A stretch of 64,000 bases of DNA from the NCBI GenBank assembly GCA_023512255.1, contig JAILZY010000009.1, positions 4,011 through 68,010 on the forward strand. The letters run 5' to 3'. Origin of the DNA: a bacterium. Lineage in GTDB: Bacteria > SZUA-182 > DTGQ01. Positions 40,160 to 50,276 of the stretch are shown one piece after another. The notes below the pieces were generated by a model. It had not been told where the DNA came from. It saw only the letters and a program-made list of their open reading frames with translations, and did no database searches. The stretch's first letter is position 1. Each line of letters starts with the position of its first letter. Made by a program: the position numbers and the translations under genes.

Positions 40160-43100
40160 ATGAAGAGATGCTCTTTTTTCATTCGAGAAAGGAAAGGGGT
40201 TGCGGTTTTTGGGGCATTGATCCTCTGTTTTCTTTTGGTCTTAGTCTCAAAAAGGATACTTTGCCCCAAAACCGTGGCTGCTGATGTTCATTTTCAGGAT
40301 GCGGCCACTCATGCCTGGCCGTGCCAGGGGCATGATTCGGGGCATAGTGGCCAGAGCCAGTTTTTGGGAAGCCAAACCGATACCTTGAAGTGGAGATGGT
40401 CAGCAGGGGGGAAGGTTTACTCATCCCCTGCTGTTGGGGCTGATGGCACAGTCTATATCGGCAGCGACCGTGGTTGGGTCGTTGCTCTTCGAGTCCGTGA
40501 TGGGTGTCCCATCTGGAGCTTTGAAACCGCAGGCAGTGTGTATTCATCCCCTGCTCTGGGAGCAGACGGCACGGTGTATATCGGCAGCCTAGATGGTCGG
40601 CTCTATGCCCTGCGAGGCCAGGATGGCAGCTTGAAGTGGAGCTACAGATCTGGTGATGAGATTTATGGCTCGCCTGCCATTGGGGCAGATGGCACGGTGT
40701 ATATCGGCAGCCTAGATGGTCGGCTCTATGCCTTGCGAGGCCAGGATGGCAGCTTGAAGTGGAGCTATAGAACAGGATATTGGATTTATGGCTCGCCTGC
40801 CGTTGGAGCAGACGGCACGGTGTATATTGGCGGCCTCGATGGTCGGCTCTATGCCCTGCGAGGCCAGGATGGCAGCTTGAAGTGGAGCTATAGAGCTGGG
40901 GATGAGATTTATGGCTCGCCTGCCATTGGGGCAGATGGTACAGTATATATTGGCAGCCTCGATGGTCAGCTCTACGCCTTGCGAGGCCAGGATGGGAGCT
41001 TGAAGTGGAGCTACAGAGCTGGGGGCGGCATATCCTCATCACCAGCTATTGGAGCAGATGGCACGGTGTATATCGGCAGTCTCGATGGCTATCTCTATGC
41101 TTTTGGTTCTCCGGCAGGATTGGGAGCTGATAGCATCTGGCCATGCTGGAGGCTTAATGCTCAGCATACTGGCCAAAGTCTCCTGGTCGGGCCGAAAACC
41201 CCTACCCTGAAATGGAAGTGCCAGATCGGGGGAGAGGTATACTCTTCGCCAATTGTTGCCCTTGATGGCACGATCTATATTGGAAGCTACGACTCTAAGA
41301 TCTATGCCCTCAAACCTGATGGTAGTGGTGTGAAGTGGAGCTATCAAGCTGGGGGGCAGGTGAGGTCAACGCCTGCCATTGCCAGCGATGGTACCATCTA
41401 TGCGGCAGCTTTTGATGGCCTGGTTTATGCTCTCAAATCATTGAATGGCAGTCTGAAGTGGAGTTATCAGACCGGCAACCAGATCTATTCCTCACCATCT
41501 GTTGGGCCCGACGGCACGGTCTATATTGCCGGGCTTGACGGCAAGGTTTATGCCCTCAAGCCTGATGGGAGCCTGAAGTGGAGCTATAAAGCTGATAGCG
41601 GTATCTACTCTTCACCGGCTCTTAGTCAAGAAGGGCTGGTTTATGTCGCCAGCGGTGATGGAAAGCTCTATGCCCTAAATTCCCAGGATGGCAGACTGGT
41701 TTGGAGTTATCAGACCAGAGAGCGGATCTACTCATCACCTGCTCTTGATGCTTATGGCACGCTCTATATCGGCGGTCTCAACGGCCGTCTTTATGCCCTA
41801 AGCAGTGCTGACGGGAGCCTGAGATGGAAGTATCAGACTGGCGGTGCGCTTTACTCCTCACCCGCGGTCGGTTCTAACGGCAGTGTGTATATTGGCAGCC
41901 TCGATGGTCGGATTTATGCTCTTAACGCTCAGGATGGTGGTCTTGTGTGGAGCTATCAGACCGGCGGAGGAATCTATTCTTCGGCAGCGCTGGCCGCGGA
42001 TGGAATAATTTATATTGGCAGCCTCGATGGTCGGATTTATGCTCTTAACGCTCAGGATGGCGGTCTTGTGTGGAGCTATAAGGCCGCAAGCCGCATTGAT
42101 TCCTCACCAGCTATAGCTGACGGGGGCATAGTTTATGTCGCAGACTTGAGCGGCACAGTTTATGCCTTCGCTGATCCAGCACTGGATAAGTCGCCTCAAC
42201 TGAGCTGTCCAGGCCCGATCGTGGTCTTAGCTACTGGTCCTAAAACTAAGGTATATTTCCCCGAAGCCATAGCTATTGATGATCAGGACCCTAAGCCGCA
42301 GATAACTTACGACCATGTCTCTGGGTCTGAATTTCCGGTTGGGACAACTATAGTTAAGGTTACGGCCAGGGATAATTCGGGTAATGTAAGCCTTTGTTCC
42401 TTTCCGGTAACGGTTAAGGATATCGAGCCGCCTAGGATTCTTTGCCCCTCTGATATTGTTGTCTCAGCCACTGGGCCAAAGACGCGGGTAAATTTTGTGG
42501 CTACAGCTTCTGACAATACAGATCAAAGCCCACAGATAGTCTCCGATTATCAGCCAGACTCTGAGTTTCCCCTTGGAGTTACGAAGGTCAAAGTAATGGC
42601 CAAAGACGCCTCGGGTAATTCCAGCACCTGTTATTTTACAGTAACAGTCAAGGATACAACCCCGCCTCTAATCATCTGCCCATCCGATATGATTGTCTCC
42701 GCCGCTGGCCCAAAGACCAGGGTGAATTATTCGGCTACCGCGAGTGATGATATTGATCCTAAGCCTCAGATACTTTATGATCCAGCCCCTGGCTCAGAGT
42801 TTCCCCTTGGCACGACTCAGGTTACGGCTACAGCCAAAGACTCATCAGGCAATTCGACTACCTGCTCTTTTAAGGTTACTGTCCGCGATAGCACCGCGCC
42901 CATAATCAGATGTCCTCAGAGTCTGGTTATTCCGGCTGAGGGCCGCATGACTAGGGTAAGTTATACGGTTACAGCTACGGATAATGTAGACCAGGAGGTG
43001 AAAGTTATCTGTGAGCCTGCCTCTGGTTCCGAGTTCACTCTTGGAACACACACAGTTAGGGCATCGGCTATTGATTCGGCTGGAAATTCTACGGACTGCA

Positions 43101-44506
43101 CATTTGAGGTCCTGGTGAAAGACATCGAGCCGCCTATAATCAGGTGTCCGGCCACGGTTGAAGCTACGGCTTCTGGCTCTCTGACTAAGGTTAATTTTAC
43201 GGCTACAGCCGAAGATAAAGTTGATCCAAGCCCCCGGCTGATTTACGACCATGTACCGGGGTCAGAATTTCCTGTTGGCATAACGACGGTCAAGGTTACT
43301 GCCATTGACTCGGCAGGCAACTCAAGCATAAGCTACATTACTGTGAATGTAAAAGACCCTGGCGCTCCTACTCTTATCTGTCCGGCTGATATGATTGTCT
43401 CAGCCACTGGGGCAAAGACGAGGGTAGATTTTTCAGCTCAGGCCACAGATGCCACAGACCCTAATCCGACCGTAATCTACAACCCAGCTCCCGGCTCAGA
43501 ATTTCCCCTTGGGACAACATGGGTTACAGTTGTGGCCAAAGACTCATCGGGCAATTCGAGCACCTGCTCTTTTAAGGTTACGGTGCGGGATAGTGAGCCG
43601 CCACGAATCATCTGTCCGGCTGATATGATTGTCTCAGCCACTGGGGCAAAGACTCGGGTAGATTTTTCAGCTCAGGCCACAGATGCCGCAGACCCAAGAC
43701 CGCAGATAGTCTACGACCCTGCGCCTGGCTCAGAATTTCCCCTTGGGACAACGAGGGTTACGGTTGTAGCTACTGATGCTTCGGGCAATAGGGCAACCTG
43801 CACCTTTAACGTAGTTGTCCAGGATACTGATTTGCCCTTGGTGGCCCTGACTCTTGGCGAAAAACCTCCATATGATACCAGTCAGGGGATGAGAATCTTT
43901 TACACAGCCAGCGACATCTGCGATCCTGCCCCCAAGGTCAAGGTGGAACTTTCCAACAACGGCGACCCTGCGGTCGATATTACCGCCTCATCACCCATTC
44001 TGCTCAGCCTGCAAGAGCTGGCCGGTAAAAATACGGTTACCGTGACCGCAACCGATGCTTGCGGCAATGTAAGAAAAGAGACAGTGAGTTTTGAGGTGAC
44101 TCTCAAGCTTATTGGAGATCAGATCGTGGTCAAACCTGAAACCCTGAGAATCTATCCGGGCATATTTACTGTCTCTTTGGCCTTCCCACCGCCATACGAT
44201 GTCTCAACTATCCGGGAGGTAGAAGCCGATGGAGCTCGTTATAAAAAGATCACCTACCAGAGTGAAAACAAGAAGACAATTTGTGAATTCAATAGATCCG
44301 ACATCAAGACTCTACCTTTGGATAACCAATTCGAGATTAGAGGCTCCTTTGTTTACAAAGGGACAGAATGCACCTTTTTCGGCACTGACACTATTCAGTG
44401 GGTGCGGCAGATACCAACTCAGCAGAATGGATGGTTGAGTGGTGGTGGGCGGCGGCCAGTTTTTGATGGAACTATATGTCATGGGCTGCTGTGTGATGAG
44501 TGGTGA
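40160..44506 (+). CDS. Large secreted protein: two PQQ/BamB-like propellers plus tandem HYR domains
   Basis: N-terminal hydrophobic segment; SSPA.GADGTVYIGS.DG.LYAL..DG.LKW repeats; PGSEFPLGTT.V...A.D.SGN...C.F.VTV.D HYR units. Confidence 0.88.
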   Translation: MKRCSFFIRERKGVAVFGALILCFLLVLVSKRILCPKTVAADVHFQDAATHAWPCQGHDSGHSGQSQFLGSQTDTLKWRWSAGGKVYSSPAVGADGTVYIGSDRGWVVALRVRDGCPIWSFETAGSVYSSPALGADGTVYIGSLDGRLYALRGQDGSLKWSYRSGDEIYGSPAIGADGTVYIGSLDGRLYALRGQDGSLKWSYRTGYWIYGSPAVGADGTVYIGGLDGRLYALRGQDGSLKWSYRAGDEIYGSPAIGADGTVYIGSLDGQLYALRGQDGSLKWSYRAGGGISSSPAIGADGTVYIGSLDGYLYAFGSPAGLGADSIWPCWRLNAQHTGQSLLVGPKTPTLKWKCQIGGEVYSSPIVALDGTIYIGSYDSKIYALKPDGSGVKWSYQAGGQVRSTPAIASDGTIYAAAFDGLVYALKSLNGSLKWSYQTGNQIYSSPSVGPDGTVYIAGLDGKVYALKPDGSLKWSYKADSGIYSSPALSQEGLVYVASGDGKLYALNSQDGRLVWSYQTRERIYSSPALDAYGTLYIGGLNGRLYALSSADGSLRWKYQTGGALYSSPAVGSNGSVYIGSLDGRIYALNAQDGGLVWSYQTGGGIYSSAALAADGIIYIGSLDGRIYALNAQDGGLVWSYKAASRIDSSPAIADGGIVYVADLSGTVYAFADPALDKSPQLSCPGPIVVLATGPKTKVYFPEAIAIDDQDPKPQITYDHVSGSEFPVGTTIVKVTARDNSGNVSLCSFPVTVKDIEPPRILCPSDIVVSATGPKTRVNFVATASDNTDQSPQIVSDYQPDSEFPLGVTKVKVMAKDASGNSSTCYFTVTVKDTTPPLIICPSDMIVSAAGPKTRVNYSATASDDIDPKPQILYDPAPGSEFPLGTTQVTATAKDSSGNSTTCSFKVTVRDSTAPIIRCPQSLVIPAEGRMTRVSYTVTATDNVDQEVKVICEPASGSEFTLGTHTVRASAIDSAGNSTDCTFEVLVKDIEPPIIRCPATVEATASGSLTKVNFTATAEDKVDPSPRLIYDHVPGSEFPVGITTVKVTAIDSAGNSSISYITVNVKDPGAPTLICPADMIVSATGAKTRVDFSAQATDATDPNPTVIYNPAPGSEFPLGTTWVTVVAKDSSGNSSTCSFKVTVRDSEPPRIICPADMIVSATGAKTRVDFSAQATDAADPRPQIVYDPAPGSEFPLGTTRVTVVATDASGNRATCTFNVVVQDTDLPLVALTLGEKPPYDTSQGMRIFYTASDICDPAPKVKVELSNNGDPAVDITASSPILLSLQELAGKNTVTVTATDACGNVRKETVSFEVTLKLIGDQIVVKPETLRIYPGIFTVSLAFPPPYDVSTIREVEADGARYKKITYQSENKKTICEFNRSDIKTLPLDNQFEIRGSFVYKGTECTFFGTDTIQWVRQIPTQQNGWLSGGGRRPVFDGTICHGLLCDEW
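40562..41102 (+). repeat. Near-identical 123-bp coding repeats (propeller blades)
   Basis: gcaga(c/t)gg.ac.gt.tatat start at 40562, 40685, 40808, 40931, 41054. Confidence 0.9.
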
Positions 44507-44639
44507 GCTTGGTGAGTTTGGGCAGAATATCTTGGTTTTTGGGGAGAAGAGCTTGAACATGGAATTACTCGAGTATGCAATTAAATGATAAATTTATCTG
44601 ATAAGTTTATGCTGTCGTGGCAGGGTGATTTTGTTGCTG

Positions 44640-45310
44640 TCGCGGGCATGTTGATAGAGAATGACTACTTCTGCAAACACGCCGGTGGTAAGGCAAAAGA
44701 TCACTATCTGGGGAGGCCGGCGGGTAACTGCTATGGTTGGAAGTGCACGCTTATATGTGGTCTCCCATAAAAGAAAGCTTTTAATCGTAGCCCTCAAGTA
44801 TAAGGGGAAGAGGGGAATATCGATATCTCATAGCCTCAGACCTGAGCTGGAGAACAGAGGATGTTTTGCATGGCCATACCTTCAGGTGGCTCATAGAGGT
44901 TTTCAATGATGACTAGAAGCAGTATGAAGGATGATGGCAGTTGACCAAACAGCCCGGCGAAGAAGGATCAAGCAGAAGCCTGATCCTGGGCCTGCTGCTA
45001 GATCACTGCCTCCTTTTTTCATCCTTAGCAATTGGCCCGCTTGCAAAACAAACTGCCCGCTTGTACAGTGGGAAGCCTATGAGTACAGTGGAAAGCCTAC
45101 GAGACAAAACCAAGTAGAGTGCCTGCTGGAGTTTATCCAAGATCTGCTCTCAGCTTCAGATCCCCAAGAGAAGCTTACCCTTCTCACTTGAGGCAGTAGA
45201 GAATGTCTTTCAACTGGCATCATCGAAGAAACACATGATAGGCAGGGATCTAGGGAGGCTTGAGCCCCTCATTTAAGTACAAGGCTAAAGCTTGTGCCTC
45301 TGTTTAGACA
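44640..45310 (+). pseudogene. Decayed DDE transposase, C-terminal part (IS4/IS701-like)
   Basis: Across a frameshift and stops: SARLYV.SH..ALKY / EYRYLIASDLSWRT..RWLIEVFNDD*KQYEG*WQLTKQPGEEGSSRSLILGLLLDHCLLFHP*QLARL. Confidence 0.65.
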
Positions 45311-45364
45311 ACTGTCTTTGAGGAGGGAATGGGTTACCCTAATAAAAGTAAAGATTATTTCACT

Positions 45365-46020
45365 AACCTATGTTTGCATAAACTAAAAACTTGAGGATCG
45401 AGCAAAAACCTGTTATAATTTACTATAATGCTTCAACTTTGGTTTTTTCAGGCACAATTTTTGTTTATGGTGTTATGAAAAAGCGTTTCAGCTTAAAGAT
45501 ATCTACAACTACGCCGACAGCTACTTGCGGGAATGGTTTCCCAAATTACCTTCCTATGTAGCCTTTGTCCAGCGTATTAATCGGTTCGATAGCCTATTTC
45601 CCATGCTTATTGAACTCATTCTCAATTATTTTTCCGAATCTGACCTCACCCCCAAAATCCGGCTTATCGACTCTATGCCCATAATCTTAGCTAAGGCCAA
45701 AAGAAGTGCCAAGGCTAAGGTTGCTAACCAGCTGGCACAATAAAAGATATTGTGCCTCTAAGGATATCTACTATTACGGCGTCAAACTCCATATCTTGGG
45801 CCTCAAAAGAGAAGGAACCCTTCCTCTGCCACAGTATATTGGCCTCACCTCAGCAAGTGAGCAGACGGGAGTGTTTTTGATCAAATTGCCCACCTATTGA
45901 AAGGAGAAGAAGTCTATGCAGACAAAGCCTACATTGACGATGCCATGAAACAACTTCTTGAGCAAGAACAACAAGTGCAGATCCATACCCCAATTAAAAA
46001 GAAAAAGGTCAAGAAAAAAG
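45365..46020 (+). pseudogene. IS982-family transposase remnant
   Basis: WFPKLPSY..F..RINR, IDSMPI, frameshifted YCASK..YYYGVKLH, then YADKAY; internal deletion and 3' truncation. Confidence 0.75.
45391..45419 (+). promoter_or_regulatory. Sigma70-type promoter with extended -10 at the IS982 left end
   Basis: TTGAGG-17 nt-TATAAT with TGn immediately before the -10. Confidence 0.55.
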
Positions 46021-46030
46021 AGAGGAAAAT

Positions 46031-48736
46031 ATGAAACGCAGATTAAAGAACATACTGATGATATTGCTTATCTTAACACTGTATGCCGTTATCGCTGAAG
46101 CCAGCGATCCACTTCCCGTAACCATAAAACCGGTAAGCGTTGTACCGGTTATGAAACAGTTTAAGATTCCTTATGTGCCGGTCGAAAATTTGACAATTTC
46201 CTCACTTACTGCCCAGCAGTCGGTAGCGCTTAAGAACTTTAAGCAGACCTTGCCGGGGATAGCAGCCCTGAAGTCTTATTGTAATCTGGCGACCTATCAG
46301 ACCTCCGTCAAAAATCAGCTACCACGTGGGAGCTGTGCAAGTTTTGCCTTTCTCGGGGCAATAGAGGCCTATTATAAAAGACATTACAACCTGGAATTAG
46401 ACCTGTCTGAAGAGTATTTCATCCATATCGTACATTCCACTCAACCCACTTGTAACCCTGACCTTCTTCACGAGAATATCTCCTCCTGGTGCGGCGCAAG
46501 TTGTCTTACCACACCGATGACCTCGGGAGAGGTTTATATGGCTCTTAACGGCATCGCTATTCCAGAAGAAAAATATGCCCCTTACTTTGGCGATGGGAGT
46601 ACTTACCCTGACCATAGCCAGGCAGATCTGGATAAAATCGTCTCCGACAGTGGCCTTGTCTGTGACTCTTGTTCCGAGTCTGCTTCTACGGCGATCCCTC
46701 TTCTATCTCAGAAAGCGGTTGATAACTATGAATACGACCCGAGATATATCCCTCTTGAGGCCAGGAAAAACGCCCGCTACGGCGCGACAAAAGTGCAGCT
46801 CTTATCGGTTGCGGATACTCAGGATACAGCCTTCCTGGAACAGTGTCTGTGGGGTGGTCATGAGGTTGATATATTTCTTGATCTCAATAGACTGGATATT
46901 GGCGATGGTAATTTTTTCAGCAATGGAACTCCCGTAAGCAAGCATCCTGACGGCAACCCCATTGCCGTATGGCCAAAAGATGGAGTTAACGAAGGCCACA
47001 TAGGTCATACCATGCTATTGATAGGCTATGATAAAACCAGACAGTTATTTTTACTCAAAAATTCCTGGGGCAGTTATTTACCTTACTTCTGGGTGCCGTA
47101 TAATTACGTTAAGAATTGCAGTACGGGCGGAGTGATCGTCCTCGATGTCAGGGACCCGAACCTCGGCCCATCCCCGGAAGCCATGTGGATCGGTAAATGG
47201 AATATGGATCATGACGGATGGCTGGGAGAGCTGGTCATTCGAAGGACCAGAAGCAGAGCGCAGAGTAATACCGGAGATATTTACACGGAAACTACGCTGG
47301 GTACTCCCGCCAGGCTAGGCACCTATTACTCACAGGATGGCACTGCCCATGCTGTAACAGGCTATATTTCCGATAGTGTAGGGTATAAGATCAAACTGTT
47401 TATCGACTTTGATAACCCCGAAGGCGCTCCGCAAGCGGAGAGCACGCCAATTACCCTGAAAGGACAGGAATTCGATCTCGAAATGTTCGCTTCACCATCA
47501 AATTCGACTACCTTCGGAAACTACGCGGCCGGCACTACGGTCTGGCGCAATTATATGTTTGGTGCCCTCATATCCCGCCCCTCTGCACCCATCCGGATCA
47601 AGCATATTCCCGGAACCTTCTCTCTCGATGACTGGAAAAAGAGCTTTATGCTGTTCTATAGCGGCGGAAGTACGGCATATTTTAAAATAACCGATATAGC
47701 CTCTTCAGAGAGCGGTGCCTACTATTCAGTAACTGACACCTATAACGGAACTGTCGGGCATCATTGCGGAATCGACAAGAAGCAGACAAACCGCCTGTTC
47801 TTCTTCGGAGCCTTCCAGCCCGCTTTATTCTACCACACCCATGAAACCGGTATTGCGAGCGGTTTGGGTGTTTTTGGTATATCCCTCCCTTCTTCTCTCA
47901 TCGTCAAAAAACCCACCCTCACCGTCCTCCCCTATCTTAATTCTATGGCAATATTTTCAATCACCTGCGATACCGAGGGAGCTGTGATCCACTACACGAC
48001 GGATGGAAGTGAGCCAACCGAAAACTCGCCAATTTATACCGAACCCCTGGTCCTGCCTCGCGACAGTGTCATCAAGACCAAAACCTTCATAGATGACCTG
48101 CCAGCCAGTGAGACTGTCACAGGAACTTATAACTGGGCTGGAGTATGCGAAGAAGGTGATATCGGAGAACTGGATATTGAAGGAAGGAAAGGAATCATAG
48201 GAGATAAAGTCAAAATCCCGGTGAAGGTTCAAGTTGCAGGCAAGAAAATCTTCAGCCTTGGCTTTGAAGTTGTTTATGATCCGAGTGTCTTGAACTATAC
48301 AGGCTATGAGAGAGGAAACCTGACTGCTGACTTTGATATGTTCGAGGTTAACCCGTTAAATCCGGGGAGAATACTCACAGGCGGATTCTCCAACAAAGGC
48401 ACTGATGCCAATGGTTACCTGGTCTGGTTAAACTTCGAGGTTGTGGGAGGCCGGGAAAACGAGTGTTATCCACTGCTCCTGAAAAATGTGAATGACGATC
48501 TAAGCAGCCTTTGCAGAACCGACGGATGCTTTTGCCTCAATAAGGCCTGTAATGGCGATCTCAATGGGGATGGAGCAATTACCCCGTCCGATGCACTCGC
48601 GGCCTTCAAGTGTTATCTCGGCTCCGGCCCCTGTTCAGATTGTTCTGATGTCAATAGAGATGGTGGGGTAACACCGTTGGATGCCCTTTGCATTTTTAAA
48701 AAGTATCTTGGCCAGAGTTCCTGTTTAGACGACTGA
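46031..48736 (+). CDS. Secreted C1 (papain-like) cysteine peptidase with FN3-associated, cohesin and dockerin domains
   Basis: VKNQ..RGSCASFA (Cys), LDLSEE, GHTMLLIGYD (His), KNSWG (Asn); IHYTTDGSEPT; GDKVKIPV..FEVVYDPSVL; GDLNGDGAITPSDA and DVNRDGGVTPLDA. Confidence 0.85.
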   Translation: MKRRLKNILMILLILTLYAVIAEASDPLPVTIKPVSVVPVMKQFKIPYVPVENLTISSLTAQQSVALKNFKQTLPGIAALKSYCNLATYQTSVKNQLPRGSCASFAFLGAIEAYYKRHYNLELDLSEEYFIHIVHSTQPTCNPDLLHENISSWCGASCLTTPMTSGEVYMALNGIAIPEEKYAPYFGDGSTYPDHSQADLDKIVSDSGLVCDSCSESASTAIPLLSQKAVDNYEYDPRYIPLEARKNARYGATKVQLLSVADTQDTAFLEQCLWGGHEVDIFLDLNRLDIGDGNFFSNGTPVSKHPDGNPIAVWPKDGVNEGHIGHTMLLIGYDKTRQLFLLKNSWGSYLPYFWVPYNYVKNCSTGGVIVLDVRDPNLGPSPEAMWIGKWNMDHDGWLGELVIRRTRSRAQSNTGDIYTETTLGTPARLGTYYSQDGTAHAVTGYISDSVGYKIKLFIDFDNPEGAPQAESTPITLKGQEFDLEMFASPSNSTTFGNYAAGTTVWRNYMFGALISRPSAPIRIKHIPGTFSLDDWKKSFMLFYSGGSTAYFKITDIASSESGAYYSVTDTYNGTVGHHCGIDKKQTNRLFFFGAFQPALFYHTHETGIASGLGVFGISLPSSLIVKKPTLTVLPYLNSMAIFSITCDTEGAVIHYTTDGSEPTENSPIYTEPLVLPRDSVIKTKTFIDDLPASETVTGTYNWAGVCEEGDIGELDIEGRKGIIGDKVKIPVKVQVAGKKIFSLGFEVVYDPSVLNYTGYERGNLTADFDMFEVNPLNPGRILTGGFSNKGTDANGYLVWLNFEVVGGRENECYPLLLKNVNDDLSSLCRTDGCFCLNKACNGDLNGDGAITPSDALAAFKCYLGSGPCSDCSDVNRDGGVTPLDALCIFKKYLGQSSCLDD

Positions 48737-48790
48737 GCCGCGAGCGTTTAAGCTCTCAGTCTTCGTCTCCTCATTTTTCCGCCGCCTTAT

Positions 48791-48846
48791 AGGACTGTAC
48801 ATCCTACTTATATCCGACTCACCGTAGGGTGTACAGTCCTGTTTTT
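48791..48846 (+). terminator. Long hairpin terminator after the peptidase
   Basis: aggactgtacatcctac..gtagggtgtacagtcct followed by gttttt. Confidence 0.7.
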
Positions 48847-48916
48847 CCGATTATTATTCCGATTATTATATTCAAGTGATCCAAACAGCGTAAAGATCGA
48901 GTAAGGCAAGACCTAC

Positions 48917-49029
48917 TGGTTTTTTCGCTAAGTGCGTAACACAATTGCACAGCGGATCAATTACGCTATCAATTGTAGGTGCGGACCTTGTGCCCGCCTA
49001 GCTTGCGTACTTTATTAGCGAAAGAACCA
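48917..49029. mobile_element. MITE-like element containing a GTAG-type REP
   Basis: Inverted ends tggttttttcgctaa / ttagcgaaagaacca (1 mismatch); internal gtaggtgcggaccttgtgcccgcc at 48975-48998. Confidence 0.55.
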
Positions 49030-49208
49030 CTTACGGATGGGCTGGGGAATATATAACCGATGCGCCCGACGAACATGTAAGGGCTATTGTACAATATCTT
49101 TATGATAGTGTAATAGAAAACAGTTAATATGGAATTTACGGGGCGAAGCTCTGCCTGGCTAAAGATACTTGAAAGTAGGGAGCTTAAGAGAAATAGCCTG
49201 AATAGCCG

Positions 49209-50276
49209 ATGATCAAAGAGGTTAATACCCTGTCAGGATTCAACCAGATTGAGCATCTGTGGGATGACCTTTATCGGCGCTCCCAGGTCAGGAATCTTTT
49301 TTTGACTCACGCCTGGCTCAGGCTATGGATCAAGCATTTTGGTGCCGGGCAGACCTTCGCTTTACTATATCTGCCAGATGGGGCCGATAGGTTAGAAGCT
49401 GGCGCTGTTTTGAAGCGGCATGGTAAGGTGATAAGCTTTATTGAAAGTGATTTTTCCGCACACCCTGATTTTTTGGCCACACCAGCCTCAACAGGGAGAA
49501 TTGGTGAGTTTTTGGCTTATCTCAAAGCAACATACTTTCCATCCAAATTCGTTTTTGCCGACACCAGCATTAATTCAATCCTATGCAGAAGCGTTACTCG
49601 GCTGACCAAAGAACGCTGGCTGCCAATCTTCAAATATCCCTTTGCCATGAGGTCAGTAAATGTTGCTGGGACATTTGATTCGTATTTGGCTGCTCAGGGA
49701 GCAAAGGTCAGGTCAGAGATGAGGCGCAAGGTGCGTCGGGCGCAGAGGGATTACCAGCTCAGTCTGAGGCCCTTCGCCCAACAGGGTGAGCGGGATGAGG
49801 TATTTGAGCTTATCAGGAGGGTTGAGCAGGATTCCTGGAAAGCTCAGGTTGGATCGGCCATTATTTATAATGGAGATCAGATGTATTTTTATCAGGAGGT
49901 CTTTGATTATTATGCTAAGCGGAATGAGGCCAGGGTTTATTGCCTATATTTTAACGATCAACCCGTATCATTTGTTTTCGGCATCCTATCAGAGCGAAGA
50001 TACTATGCGCTGAAAACCTCTTACCGGCTCCTCTACCGTGATTATGCTCCGGGACTGGTTTTGTTTTTCAAGGTACTTGAGTCGTTTTTCCACAACAAGG
50101 AAGCAGATAGGCTTGAATTTCTTGGCTCTGATGCTCGATGGAAGGAGGAATTTTCTAATCATCGGGAAGATTTTTGTACCCTTGAACTCTATCCGATGGG
50201 GTTGAAGTCGATCTCCTACCATGTGCTTTATCGCTATATCCGCCCGATTGTCAAGAGATTAAGAATTCGGTCATGA
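49209..50276 (+). CDS. GNAT N-acyltransferase (CelD/BcsL-like)
   Basis: WDDL..FLTHAWL..W..HF, F..YL....K.R..RRK.RR, SWK, Y.PG..L, LG....WK. Confidence 0.8.
   Translation: MIKEVNTLSGFNQIEHLWDDLYRRSQVRNLFLTHAWLRLWIKHFGAGQTFALLYLPDGADRLEAGAVLKRHGKVISFIESDFSAHPDFLATPASTGRIGEFLAYLKATYFPSKFVFADTSINSILCRSVTRLTKERWLPIFKYPFAMRSVNVAGTFDSYLAAQGAKVRSEMRRKVRRAQRDYQLSLRPFAQQGERDEVFELIRRVEQDSWKAQVGSAIIYNGDQMYFYQEVFDYYAKRNEARVYCLYFNDQPVSFVFGILSERRYYALKTSYRLLYRDYAPGLVLFFKVLESFFHNKEADRLEFLGSDARWKEEFSNHREDFCTLELYPMGLKSISYHVLYRYIRPIVKRLRIRS

Noticed and set aside
40179-41042. 287-aa antisense ORF
   Set aside because: Arises from the stop-free reverse frame of the 123-bp coding repeats
40562-41102. CRISPR array or DGR template/variable repeats
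   Set aside because: In-frame 123-bp coding repeats without spacers; no reverse transcriptase and no clear adenine-specific variation
44585-45191. Small ORFs 44585-45191 as real genes
   Set aside because: They are fragments or alternate frames of the decayed transposase
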